From: an uncultured Methanosarcinales archaeon
GTDB taxonomy: Archaea > Nanobdellota > Nanobdellia > Woesearchaeales > DSVV01
DNA length: 47,744 bases
Assembly: GCA_964593285.1 (NCBI GenBank)
Contig: CAZQHZ010000011.1
Span: 1 to 47,744 of the forward strand
Direction of reading: 5' to 3'
This document shows, piece by piece, positions 38,379 through 47,744 of the stretch (position 1 is its first letter; each line of letters starts with the position of its first letter). The translations under genes were made by a program, and so were the position numbers. Below the pieces are notes generated by a model, which was not told where the DNA came from, did not search any database, and saw only the letters and a program-made list of their open reading frames with translations.

Positions 38379-38627
38379 ATGGCAAAAAAATCTAATATCG
38401 ATATCTTTAAACACACACTAGTTCCAAAACATACAAAATTAACTCAAAAAGAAACAAAAGAACTTTTTGAAAAATACAACATTTCTTTTTTTAATCTACC
38501 TAAAATTTCAATAAATGATCCAGCAATACAAAATTTAAATTTAAAAGAAGAAGACATTGTAAAAATTGAAAGAAAAAGTCAAACTAAGGGTATTTCATAT
38601 TATTATAGGGGTGTTGTAAATGAATAA
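38379..38627 (+). CDS. rpoH: RNA polymerase subunit H (Rpo5)
   Basis: HTLVPKH, LPKISINDPA and YYRGVV motifs. Confidence 0.96.
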   Translation: MAKKSNIDIFKHTLVPKHTKLTQKETKELFEKYNISFFNLPKISINDPAIQNLNLKEEDIVKIERKSQTKGISYYYRGVVNE

Positions 38628-40107
38628 TTTATCTAAAATATTAATGAAAAAACATTTTGAGGAGTATTCTTTTATTTCTTCAGATATTGAATCATTTAAT
38701 AATTTTATAGACTTTGAGCTACAAAAGATTATTGAAGAAAATAAAACAATAGAACCAACAATAATTCCTCACAATATTGATGATTTTAAGATAAAATTAG
38801 ATAAAATATGGGTTGGTATGCCTGAAATTACTGAGGCTGATGGTTCAAAACGTAACATATTTCCAATTGAAGCAAGATTGAGAAAAATAACATATTCAGC
38901 TCCTGTTTATTTAGAAGCTAGTGCACATATAAATGGAATTCAAAGAGAATCATTTAGTACACAACTTGGTTCATTACCAATTATGTTAAAATCAAAATAT
39001 TGTCATATAAATAATTTAACTCCAGCACAATTAGTTGAAAAAGGAGAAGATCCAGATGATCCTGGTGGATATTTTATTATTAATGGAACAGAAAGGGTAT
39101 TAATTAAAATTGAAGATTTAGCATCTAATAAGTTTTTAGTAGAAAAAACAAAAGTTGGTGTTTCAAAATATGTTGGTAAATTATTCTCAGAATTTGGTTC
39201 TTTTAAAATACCTCATTTAGTTGAACGATTAAAAGATAATATTATTTATTTATCATTTACTAGGGTTAAAAGGATTCCTGTTGTTATTATTTTAAAAGCT
39301 CTTGGAATGCTACGTGATGAAGATATAATGAAAAGTATTTCAGATAGTGACATGCAAGATGAAGTTTATGTTAATTTGCTAGAGTTTTCAACAGTTAAAA
39401 CATCTGAGGAAGCATTAGATTATATTGCAAAAAAAATAGGAATTACTCAATCAAAGGAAATAAGAATAGAAAGAATGAAGGAATTACTTGACAAATATTT
39501 ATTACCTCATTTGGGTATTTCAGATAAAGATAGGCTTTTTAAAGCTGAAAATTTATCTAAATTAATTAGAAAATTTTTATTAGTTTCACAGGAAAAAATT
39601 GATGTGGACGATAAAGATCATTATATGAATAAGAGACTTAAAATGTCAGGAGATTTACTTGGTGATTTATTCAGGGTTAATTTAAAAGTATTAATTGGAG
39701 ACATGTTATATAATTTTCAAAGAATTGTTAAACGAGGAAAATTTCCTTCAATTAAAGTAGTAATTAGAGATAAACTGTTAACTCAACGTATGTATTCTTC
39801 TATTGCTACAGGAAACTGGGTTGGTGGAAGAAAAGGGATTAGTCAACGAATACAAAGATTTAATTTTCTTGAAACATTGAGTCATTTACAAAGAGTTGTA
39901 TCTCCATTATCTGCAACACAGGAAAATTTTGAAGCACGAGAACTTCATTGTACACATCTTGGTAGATTATGTCCTATGGAAACTCCTGAGGGAACAAACA
40001 TTGGTCTTAGAAAAAATTTAGCACTTCTTGCACAAATTTCTCAAGAAACTGATGAAAAAGAAGTTTTAAAATCACTTAAAATATGTGGTTTTAAAGGTAA
40101 TAGGTGA
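38620..40107 (+). CDS. rpoB2: RNA polymerase subunit B'' (Rpo2 N-terminal half)
   Basis: DPGGYFIINGTE, LSHLQR and CPMETPEG motifs. Confidence 0.96.
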   Translation: MNNLSKILMKKHFEEYSFISSDIESFNNFIDFELQKIIEENKTIEPTIIPHNIDDFKIKLDKIWVGMPEITEADGSKRNIFPIEARLRKITYSAPVYLEASAHINGIQRESFSTQLGSLPIMLKSKYCHINNLTPAQLVEKGEDPDDPGGYFIINGTERVLIKIEDLASNKFLVEKTKVGVSKYVGKLFSEFGSFKIPHLVERLKDNIIYLSFTRVKRIPVVIILKALGMLRDEDIMKSISDSDMQDEVYVNLLEFSTVKTSEEALDYIAKKIGITQSKEIRIERMKELLDKYLLPHLGISDKDRLFKAENLSKLIRKFLLVSQEKIDVDDKDHYMNKRLKMSGDLLGDLFRVNLKVLIGDMLYNFQRIVKRGKFPSIKVVIRDKLLTQRMYSSIATGNWVGGRKGISQRIQRFNFLETLSHLQRVVSPLSATQENFEARELHCTHLGRLCPMETPEGTNIGLRKNLALLAQISQETDEKEVLKSLKICGFKGNR

Positions 40108-40114
40108 TTTTATA

Positions 40115-41917
40115 ATGGCTGAAATATATTTAAATAGTAAATTTATAGGTAACATAGATGATGCAAAAACATTTATTGATAATTTTATATTAGAGAGAAG
40201 AAATGGAAAAATTTCAATGAACTTAAATATAAGGTACATAAATGAACATGATCAAATATTTATTGAAAGTTCTAAAGGTAGGCTTCGAAGACCTTTGATA
40301 ATTGTAAAGGAAGGAAAACCATTAATTACTGAAAAACATTTAAAACAATTAGAAAAAAATGAAATAACATGGACTGATTTATTAAAACAAGGTTTAATAG
40401 AATATTTAGATGCAACAGAAGAAGAAATGGCTTTGGTTGCTTTTTCAGAAAAAGAACTAACAATAGAACATACCCATTTAGAAATTTGTCCAATGGCTAT
40501 GTTTAGTTATTGTACTTCTCTTGTACCTTTTGGAAATCATTCTCCTCCTGCTAGAATAAATATGGGTTCTAAAAATCAAAAACAAGCAATTGGTTTTTAT
40601 GCTGCAAATTATCTTTTAAGAATGGATATCGATGTGAATTTATTAGCAACACCACAAATACCAATAGTTGGAAGTATAATGCATGAAATTTCTGAATCTG
40701 AAAAGCATCCAAGTGGACAAAATTTAGTTGTAGCTATTATGAGTTATAAAGGATATAATATGGATGACTCAATTATTTTAAATAGAGGTTCTATAGAAAG
40801 AGGATTTGGAAGATCTACTTATTATCGACCTGTTATTGTTGAAGAATTAAGATATTCTGGAGGATTAACCGATGAAATTTGTCTTCCTGACAAAGATATA
40901 AAAGGTTATAGAACAGAACATGATTATAGATTTTTAGAAGATGATGGGATTATTTATCCTGAAGCAAAAGTAAAAGAAGATGATGTTATTATTGGAAAAA
41001 CATCTCCTCCTAGATTTTTATCAGGTTTAGATGATTATAATTTATCTTCAAGTATGAAGAGAGAATCTTCATCTGCAATGCATCATGGTGAGAAAGGTAT
41101 TGTTGATTTAGTTCTTTTATCAGAAAATGAAGATGGAAATAAACTAGTTCAGGTAAGAGTAAGAGATCCAAGGATTCCTGAAATTGGTGATAAATTTACT
41201 AGTAGACTTGGTCAAAAAGGGATAGTTGGATTAATTGTTGATCATGCGGATATGCCTTTTTCAAGCTCTGGTATAATTCCTGATTTAATTTTTTCTCCAC
41301 ATTCTATTCCATCAAGGATGACTGTTTCACATTTAATAGAAATTTTAGGTGGAAAGGTTGGTTCATTATCTGGTAGAAATATTGATGGAACAACTTTTGA
41401 ATCTGAAAAAGAAGAAGATCTTAAAAAAGAATTGTTAGAACATGGATTTAAAGAAAACGGTACTGAAACATTATATGATGGTCAAACTGGTGAAATGTTT
41501 GAAGTTAAGATTTTTATTGGAAGTCAGTATTATTTAAGATTAAAACATATGGTTGCAAATAAAATACATTCAAGAGCACGAGGTCCTATACAATTATTAA
41601 CAAGACAGCCAACAGAGGGTAGAGCACTTGAAGGTGGTTTAAGACTTGGAGAGATGGAAAAAGATGCAATGGTTGCACATGGTGCATCAATGTTATTAAA
41701 AGAGAGATTTAATTCAGATGAAACTTTAGTTCCTATTTGTGAAGGCTGTGGTTTGATTGCAGTACATGATAGCTTTAAAAAAAGCATGTCTTGTCCTGTA
41801 TGTGGTGATAATTTTGATATTAATAATGTTGAGATATCTTATGCATTCAAATTATTTTTGGATGAAATAAAAAGCATGGGAATATATCCTAAGCTTTCTT
41901 TAAAGAATAAATTTTGA
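40115..41917 (+). CDS. rpoB1: RNA polymerase subunit B' (Rpo2 C-terminal half)
   Basis: GYNMDDS, GDKF.SR.GQKG, LKHMV..KIHSR and GGLRLGEME motifs; GGTGA RBS before ATG 40115. Confidence 0.96.
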   Translation: MAEIYLNSKFIGNIDDAKTFIDNFILERRNGKISMNLNIRYINEHDQIFIESSKGRLRRPLIIVKEGKPLITEKHLKQLEKNEITWTDLLKQGLIEYLDATEEEMALVAFSEKELTIEHTHLEICPMAMFSYCTSLVPFGNHSPPARINMGSKNQKQAIGFYAANYLLRMDIDVNLLATPQIPIVGSIMHEISESEKHPSGQNLVVAIMSYKGYNMDDSIILNRGSIERGFGRSTYYRPVIVEELRYSGGLTDEICLPDKDIKGYRTEHDYRFLEDDGIIYPEAKVKEDDVIIGKTSPPRFLSGLDDYNLSSSMKRESSSAMHHGEKGIVDLVLLSENEDGNKLVQVRVRDPRIPEIGDKFTSRLGQKGIVGLIVDHADMPFSSSGIIPDLIFSPHSIPSRMTVSHLIEILGGKVGSLSGRNIDGTTFESEKEEDLKKELLEHGFKENGTETLYDGQTGEMFEVKIFIGSQYYLRLKHMVANKIHSRARGPIQLLTRQPTEGRALEGGLRLGEMEKDAMVAHGASMLLKERFNSDETLVPICEGCGLIAVHDSFKKSMSCPVCGDNFDINNVEISYAFKLFLDEIKSMGIYPKLSLKNKF

Positions 41918-41930
41918 GGTTTTATAAAAA

Positions 41931-44510
41931 ATGGATGGTCAATTTGTTTCAAAAAAAGTGGATAGCATTACTTTTGGTATGTTATCACCAAAAATTATTA
42001 AAAAAATGGCTTCAGTTAAAATAGTGACCCCTGAGCTTTATGATAAGGAAGGTTACCCTGTAGATGGTGGCTTAATGGACATAAGGCTTGGAATAATTGA
42101 TCCTGGACTTAGATGTAAAACATGTGGTTCAAAAATTAAAGAATGTTTAGGTCATTTTGGTTATATTGAATTAGCAAGACCAATTATCCATATAAAATAT
42201 GTTCCAATTATTTTGGATTTATTGCGGTGTAGTTGCAGGGAATGTGGGAAGTTATTAATTCCACAAAATAAACTTGATGATTTTAATACTATTTTTAAAG
42301 AAGAAACTGAAGAAGAGAGTTCAGATCCAACTTTTTTAAAAAGGAAAAAAGTATTGGAATTAATTACAAAATTGAAAACTGCAAATAAATGTCCTCATTG
42401 TAAAAGTCGACAAAAGAAAATATCTTTAGATAAACCTAGTTCTTTTGTTGAAGATGAAAAAAGACTATCTCCAATTGAAGTTAGAGCAAGACTTGAAAAA
42501 ATACCTGATGATGATTTAGTAGCTTTTGGTTTTAATTGTAAATTAATGCGACCTGAATGGGCAGTTTTAACTTTACTTCCAATCCCTCCAGTAACCGTTA
42601 GACCTAGTATAACTTTGGAATCTGGTGAGAGAAGTGAAGATGATTTGACTCATAAATTAGGAGACATTGTTCGTATTAATCAACGTTTATTTGAAAATAT
42701 TAATGCTGGAGCTCCAGAAATTATTGTAGAAGATTTGTGGGATTTACTACAATATCATATGACAACTTATTTTGATAATGAAATTGCACAATTGCCTGTT
42801 GCAAGACATAGATCAGGTCAGCCTTTAAAAACACTTACTGCAAGAATTAAAAGTAAAGAAGGTAGAATTAGACACAATCTTGCAGGTAAACGAACTAATT
42901 TTTCTGCAAGGACTGTTATAAGCCCAGATCCAATGATTGATATCGATGAGGTTGCAATACCTTATGAAGTTGCATCAAAATTAACTGTTCCTGAAAAAAT
43001 AACATCTTGGAATATGGAATTTTTGAAAAAATTTGTTGAACGAGGACCAAAAGAATATCCTGGTTCAAATTATATAACAAGACCGGATGGTAGACGGAAA
43101 AAAATAACTGATGATACAAAAGAACAATTACTTGAAGAATTACAGCCAGGTTATTTTGTTGAAAGACATTTGATGGATGGTGATTTAGCAATGTTTAATA
43201 GACAACCATCTTTGCATAGAATGTCTATGATGTGCCATAGAATTAAGGTTCTTCCGCACAAGACTTTTAGGATAAATCCTGCTGTATGTGCACCATATAA
43301 TGCAGATTTTGATGGCGATGAGATGAATTTACATATCCCTCAAAATGAAGAAGCAATGGCTGAAGCTGAAATTTTAGCAGAAGTTCAAACTCAACTTATA
43401 AGTCCAAGGTATGGTTTAAGTATTATTGGTTGTATTCAAGATGCAGTTGCTGGAAATTATATATTAACTAACGATAGTTTAAGTATGTCTAGGAGAGAAG
43501 CAGTTGATTTACTTATTAATATTGGTATTACTGATTTTAAAAAAATACCTAATAAAGAAAAAATATCTGGAAAAGAAGTTTTTAGTTGTTTAATTCCTGA
43601 TGATTTTAATTATTATGGAAAATTAAAAGATGGAACTGAAATTGTAATAAGAAATGGAAAGTTAGAATCTGGAATTATGGATAAATCAACATTAGGAGGC
43701 GGTTCTGGATTAATGCTTAGAATGCTTCATAAAAAATATGGTCCAAGGCAAGCAATTATAATTATTGGGCAAATTTTTAAGTTAGGTATTTATACACTTT
43801 TAAAATATGGTTTTTCTGCAGCGTTATCAGATATTGAAATATCTAATGAAGCACGAGATAAAATTGATAAAATAATTAATGAACATATTAGTTTAGTTGA
43901 TAAATTAATAGAAGATTATAAAAATGGTGAATTAGAAGCATTTCCTGGAAGATCTGTTAAGGAAACATTAGAATTAAAAATTTTAGAATTGTTAAATAAA
44001 GCAAGAAATGAAACAGGAAATATTGTTTTGAATAATGTTGATAAAACTAAATCACTTGTTATTATGACTGAATCTGGAGCAAAAGGTGGACCATTAAACA
44101 TCGCTCAGATGTCTGCATGTGTTGGTCAGCAAGCTCTGCGAGGAGGAAGAATCAATAAAGGTTATAATAAGCGAACGCTTTCATGTTTTAAACGAGATGA
44201 ATTAAGCCCTGCATCACATGGTTTTATTGCAAAAGGATTTAAGGAAGGATTAAAACCTTATGAATTCTTTTTTGGAGCAATGACTGGTAGAGACAGTTTA
44301 ATGGATACTGCTCTTCGTACACCAAAATCTGGTTATTTATACAGAAGACTTGCTAATGCACTTCAAGATGTAAAAGTAAATTATGATGGAACATCAAGAG
44401 ATTCAAATAATACTGTTATTCAATTTGAGTATGGTGAAGATTTATTAGATGTTTCAAAAACAGAGAATGGAAAAATAAATGTTCAAAGAATTGTTGATGA
44501 GTTAAAATAA
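41931..44510 (+). CDS. rpoA1: RNA polymerase subunit A' (Rpo1N)
   Basis: Zinc ribbon, NRQPSLH, catalytic [15 protein letters not shown]. Confidence 0.98.
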   Translation: MDGQFVSKKVDSITFGMLSPKIIKKMASVKIVTPELYDKEGYPVDGGLMDIRLGIIDPGLRCKTCGSKIKECLGHFGYIELARPIIHIKYVPIILDLLRCSCRECGKLLIPQNKLDDFNTIFKEETEEESSDPTFLKRKKVLELITKLKTANKCPHCKSRQKKISLDKPSSFVEDEKRLSPIEVRARLEKIPDDDLVAFGFNCKLMRPEWAVLTLLPIPPVTVRPSITLESGERSEDDLTHKLGDIVRINQRLFENINAGAPEIIVEDLWDLLQYHMTTYFDNEIAQLPVARHRSGQPLKTLTARIKSKEGRIRHNLAGKRTNFSARTVISPDPMIDIDEVAIPYEVASKLTVPEKITSWNMEFLKKFVERGPKEYPGSNYITRPDGRRKKITDDTKEQLLEELQPGYFVERHLMDGDLAMFNRQPSLHRMSMMCHRIKVLPHKTFRINPAVCAPYNADFDGDEMNLHIPQNEEAMAEAEILAEVQTQLISPRYGLSIIGCIQDAVAGNYILTNDSLSMSRREAVDLLINIGITDFKKIPNKEKISGKEVFSCLIPDDFNYYGKLKDGTEIVIRNGKLESGIMDKSTLGGGSGLMLRMLHKKYGPRQAIIIIGQIFKLGIYTLLKYGFSAALSDIEISNEARDKIDKIINEHISLVDKLIEDYKNGELEAFPGRSVKETLELKILELLNKARNETGNIVLNNVDKTKSLVIMTESGAKGGPLNIAQMSACVGQQALRGGRINKGYNKRTLSCFKRDELSPASHGFIAKGFKEGLKPYEFFFGAMTGRDSLMDTALRTPKSGYLYRRLANALQDVKVNYDGTSRDSNNTVIQFEYGEDLLDVSKTENGKINVQRIVDELK

Positions 44511-44550
44511 ATATTTTTTAATATTTTTTTGTAAATTTAAAATAAATAAT

Positions 44551-45690
44551 ATGAGTGTGTTAAAAATGGATGAATTGTTTGATGAATATAAAGATAAATT
44601 ACCTTTAAAAATTATAGATGAAATTCGAGAATATGTACCAAAACTAACTAAAACTAAATTAAAAAAAGTTCTAGAAATGGCATGTGAAGAATATGAAGGT
44701 GCAAAAGTTGAAGCTGGTGAAGCTATTGGTTTGGTTGCTGCAGAATCTATTGGTGAGCCTGGTACTCAGATGACATTAAATACATTTCATTTTGCAGGAG
44801 TATCCGAGATGAATGTTACAATGGGTCTGCCAAGAATCATTGAAGTTTTGGATTGTTCAAAATCAATATCAACGCCAATGATGGAAATATATTTACAAAA
44901 GCCATATTCACAAGGAAAAGATATTAAAGAAATTGCATCAAAAATAAAAGAAACATTGTTAAAAGATGTAGTTAAGGAAATAAGTGTTAATATTTCAAAT
45001 TTATCAATAGAAATAATTCCTAATTTAGAAAAAATAAAAATATTTAGTTTAACTATTCAAAAAATTGGAAAAATTGTAAATGATCATACTAAGGGTTTTA
45101 GTGTTAAAACAACTAACGAGTCAATTTTAATAACTCCAAAAGGCAAAAATGAAGAATTAAATAATGTTTTCAAATTAAAAGAAAAATTAAAAGAGATATA
45201 TGTTGGTGGAATAAAGAATGTAAAGCAAGTTCTTCCAGTAAAGCGTGAAGATGAATTTGTTATTGTAACTTCTGGTACAAATTTAAAAGAAGTTATTAAA
45301 TTAGATTTTGTGGATTATACTAGAACTTTTTCAAATGATATTCATGAAATTCGGAATGTTTTAGGAATTGAAGCTGCACGAAATTCAATAATTAATGAAG
45401 TAACAAAAGTTATGAATACACAAGGTTTAAATATTGATATAAGGCATATTTTGCTTGTTTCAGATACTATGTGTTTAGATGGTACATTGAAAGGAATTAC
45501 TAGATTTGGAATTGTATCTCAAAAATCAAGTGTGTTAGCTAGGGCATCTTTTGAAACGCCTATAAAACATATAGTTACAGCATCTCTTATGGGAAGTGTT
45601 GATCCTTTAAATAGTGTTATTGAAAATGTGATGATTAATCAACCAGTACCTCTTGGAACTGGCCTTGTTAATTTGGTTGCAAAAAAATAA
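44551..45690 (+). CDS. rpoA2: RNA polymerase subunit A'' (Rpo1C)
   Basis: [15 protein letters not shown] trigger loop; ARASFE. Confidence 0.97.
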   Translation: MSVLKMDELFDEYKDKLPLKIIDEIREYVPKLTKTKLKKVLEMACEEYEGAKVEAGEAIGLVAAESIGEPGTQMTLNTFHFAGVSEMNVTMGLPRIIEVLDCSKSISTPMMEIYLQKPYSQGKDIKEIASKIKETLLKDVVKEISVNISNLSIEIIPNLEKIKIFSLTIQKIGKIVNDHTKGFSVKTTNESILITPKGKNEELNNVFKLKEKLKEIYVGGIKNVKQVLPVKREDEFVIVTSGTNLKEVIKLDFVDYTRTFSNDIHEIRNVLGIEAARNSIINEVTKVMNTQGLNIDIRHILLVSDTMCLDGTLKGITRFGIVSQKSSVLARASFETPIKHIVTASLMGSVDPLNSVIENVMINQPVPLGTGLVNLVAKK

Positions 45691-45705
45691 AAATATAAAA
45701 ATTAA

Positions 45706-46029
45706 ATGGTGTTACAAATGAACGAATTTGAAGATAATGAAATTAAGGAAAAAGAAGATACTAAAACAAGTGTATTAAAAGAAATAAAAGATGCTTTAAA
45801 AAATAATAAAGCAGTTATTGGTACAAATGAGACATTAAAATTGTTAAAACAAGGAAAGATTTTAAAAATTTTTGTTTCATACAATACATCAAATGATGTA
45901 AAAGATGACATTAATTATTATACAAAAATTTCAAATATTAATGTAATTGAACTTGACATACCAAATGAAGAATTAGGTGTTGTTTGTCAAAAACCATTTT
46001 CAATAAGTGTAATTGGAATAATTAAATAA
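45706..46029 (+). CDS. rpl30e: 50S ribosomal protein L30e
   Basis: IGTNETLK and ELGVVCQKPF motifs; conserved operon position. Confidence 0.92.
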   Translation: MVLQMNEFEDNEIKEKEDTKTSVLKEIKDALKNNKAVIGTNETLKLLKQGKILKIFVSYNTSNDVKDDINYYTKISNINVIELDIPNEELGVVCQKPFSISVIGIIK

Positions 46030-46056
46030 TGTTTAAATATTTTAAGGTGTTTTTAT

Positions 46057-46473
46057 TTGAAAATAAAATATGATAATGAAGTTATCAAAATAATGAATAT
46101 TTTTAATTATGTAACTAAAATAAATTTGAAAGATTATTTTGTTGATGATAATCAAATTTCAGTGTTTGTTGTTAAAGATTTTCATTTATCAAAAGCAGTT
46201 GGAATAAAAGGTGCAAATGTTAGATTAATAGAAAATAAAATTAATAGAAAAATTAAAATACTAGGATTTAATCCAAAGGTTTTACAATTTGTAAAAAATT
46301 TAATTTATCCATTAAAAGTAAAAGAAATTAGACAGGAAGAAAATAAAATAATAATTGAATCAAGTGATAGTAAGTCACGAGGTTTATTAATTGGAAAAAA
46401 TGCAAAAAATTTAAGAAATTTTGAAAAAATAACAAAAAGATATTTTGATATTGATGAAATAAAAATCATATGA
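46057..46473 (+). CDS. nusA: Archaeal NusA-like KH-domain protein
   Basis: Two KH GxxG-like loops (GIKG, GKNA); operon position; TTG start. Confidence 0.9.
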   Translation: MKIKYDNEVIKIMNIFNYVTKINLKDYFVDDNQISVFVVKDFHLSKAVGIKGANVRLIENKINRKIKILGFNPKVLQFVKNLIYPLKVKEIRQEENKIIIESSDSKSRGLLIGKNAKNLRNFEKITKRYFDIDEIKII

Positions 46474-46483
46474 GGTTAAAAAA

Positions 46484-46921
46484 ATGGCAAAAAAATCAAG
46501 TGGAATTAATTCAGCATTAAAATTAAAGAAAAGAAGACACATATTCAGACAAAGCAAGAAAGATCTTTTTCAAAAACTTTTTAATTTAAAAAAAAAGTCA
46601 GATCCATTAGCTGGAGCTTCACAAGCAAAAGGTATTGTTTTAGAAAAATTACAACTTGAGGCAAAACAGCCAAATTCAGCTATGAGAAAATGTGTTAGAG
46701 TGCAATTAGTTAAAAATGGTAAACAAGTTACTGCATTCCTACCTGGTGATGGTGCAACTAAATTAGTTGATGAACATGATGAAGTTGTAATTGAATGCAT
46801 TGGTGGGAGAATGGGTCGAGCAAAAGGAGATATTCCTGGTGTTAGATGGTGTGTTATCAAAGTTAATGATCAATCACTTAAAGCTTTACTTAAAGGAAAA
46901 GTTGAAAAAGCTAGAAAATAA
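46484..46921 (+). CDS. rps12: 30S ribosomal protein S12 (uS12)
   Basis: [12 protein letters not shown] and GDIPGVR motifs. Confidence 0.97.
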   Translation: MAKKSSGINSALKLKKRRHIFRQSKKDLFQKLFNLKKKSDPLAGASQAKGIVLEKLQLEAKQPNSAMRKCVRVQLVKNGKQVTAFLPGDGATKLVDEHDEVVIECIGGRMGRAKGDIPGVRWCVIKVNDQSLKALLKGKVEKARK

Positions 46922-46939
46922 TTAAAAAGATGATAAAAA

Positions 46940-47539
46940 ATGAATGAAATAAAAGTATTTAATAAATGGAGCGTTGATGGAATTGTAGTTAATGATCAAG
47001 GTTTAAAAGCCTATATAAATTTACAACCAAAGATTGTTCCAAGGACTGGTGGAAAAAATGTTAAAACAAGATTTCATAAATCAAAAAATTTTATAATTGA
47101 AAGACTTATGAATAAATTATTAGTTCCAGGCCATAAAAGTAAAAAACATTTTAAAACAAGTGGTCATTGTACTGGAAAAGGTTCAACTGCTTATAATTTG
47201 ATGGAAAAAACACTGGAAATAATTGAGCATCGAATTAAACAAAATCCTATTGCTGTTGTTGTAAAAGCAATTGAAAATGCAGCACCAAGAGAAGAAATAA
47301 CAATGATACAATATGGTGGTGCAAATTATCCAAAAGCTGTTGAAATGGCACCTCAAAGAAGAGTTGATTTTGCTTTAAGAATGTTAGTTCAAGCATCATA
47401 TCAAAAATCTTTTAATACAAGAAAAGATTTTACAGAAGTTTTTGCAAATGAGATCATTGGTGCGTATAATTTGAGTAATCAAACACAAGCAATTGCAAAA
47501 AAGAATGAGCTTGAAAGACAAGCAGATTCTTCAAGATAA
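46940..47539 (+). CDS. rps7: 30S ribosomal protein S7 (uS7)
   Basis: IIERLMN, AIENAAPREE and ELERQADSSR motifs. Confidence 0.96.
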   Translation: MNEIKVFNKWSVDGIVVNDQGLKAYINLQPKIVPRTGGKNVKTRFHKSKNFIIERLMNKLLVPGHKSKKHFKTSGHCTGKGSTAYNLMEKTLEIIEHRIKQNPIAVVVKAIENAAPREEITMIQYGGANYPKAVEMAPQRRVDFALRMLVQASYQKSFNTRKDFTEVFANEIIGAYNLSNQTQAIAKKNELERQADSSR

Positions 47540-47726
47540 TTTTTTAATTATTTATTATTTTTTTATTAGGTTCTTTTTTAAGTAATATAATATTAATTAT
47601 ATTTTTAATAAAATAATTTATATTAAAATTTTATTTTAGTTAATTAATAAATATTTTTAAGTTTTTATGTGTAAATTTTGATTAATATATTTAGAAATTA
47701 ATTTTTATTATAATATTAAATAAAAA

Positions 47727-47744
47727 AGCCTCCGACGGGAATTG
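47727..47744 (-). tRNA. 3' end of a tRNA truncated by the window edge (U discriminator: possibly Thr or Cys)
   Basis: Minus strand reads CAATT-CCCGT-CGGAGGC-T, consistent with T-loop end, T-stem and acceptor 3' strand. Confidence 0.6.

Noticed and set aside
38192..38416. 74-aa minus-strand ORF
   Set aside because: Antisense to the two tRNA genes and the rpoH start
38620..45690. Split rpoB and rpoA genes as anomalies, or inteins within them
   Set aside because: B''/B' and A'/A'' splits are normal in many archaea; the lengths leave no room for inteins

Overview
Very AT-rich archaeal chromosomal segment. It carries an archaeal RNA polymerase cluster (rpoH-rpoB''-rpoB'-rpoA'-rpoA''-rpl30e-nusA-rps12-rps7), archaeal FtsZ, AMP phosphorylase, ZPR1, RibL and a tRNA with a BHB intron. 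The gene repertoire, a KKSQ-type class III signal peptide and a bacterial-type HU suggest a DPANN lineage such as Woesearchaeota (inference only). Other content: a glycogen/alpha-glucan cluster, large membrane-anchored surface proteins, two toxin-antitoxin cassettes each bracketed by direct repeats, and an hsp20-grpE-dnaK-dnaJ cluster. Two small genes absent from the ORF track were found: L41e and a RelE antitoxin. Most notable: (1) an apparently intact GGEEF diguanylate cyclase with an I-site, near an orphan CheC-like gene and HU, although c-di-GMP signalling is not established in archaea; (2) a ~215-nt rod-plus-multibranch structured RNA candidate at 1911-2126; (3) ftsZ flanked by a structured leader with repeated UUGGCG motifs and a downstream pseudoknot; (4) tRNA-Asp with a 59/60 T-loop intron. 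All calls come from reading the sequence by eye; no database searches or folding programs were run.
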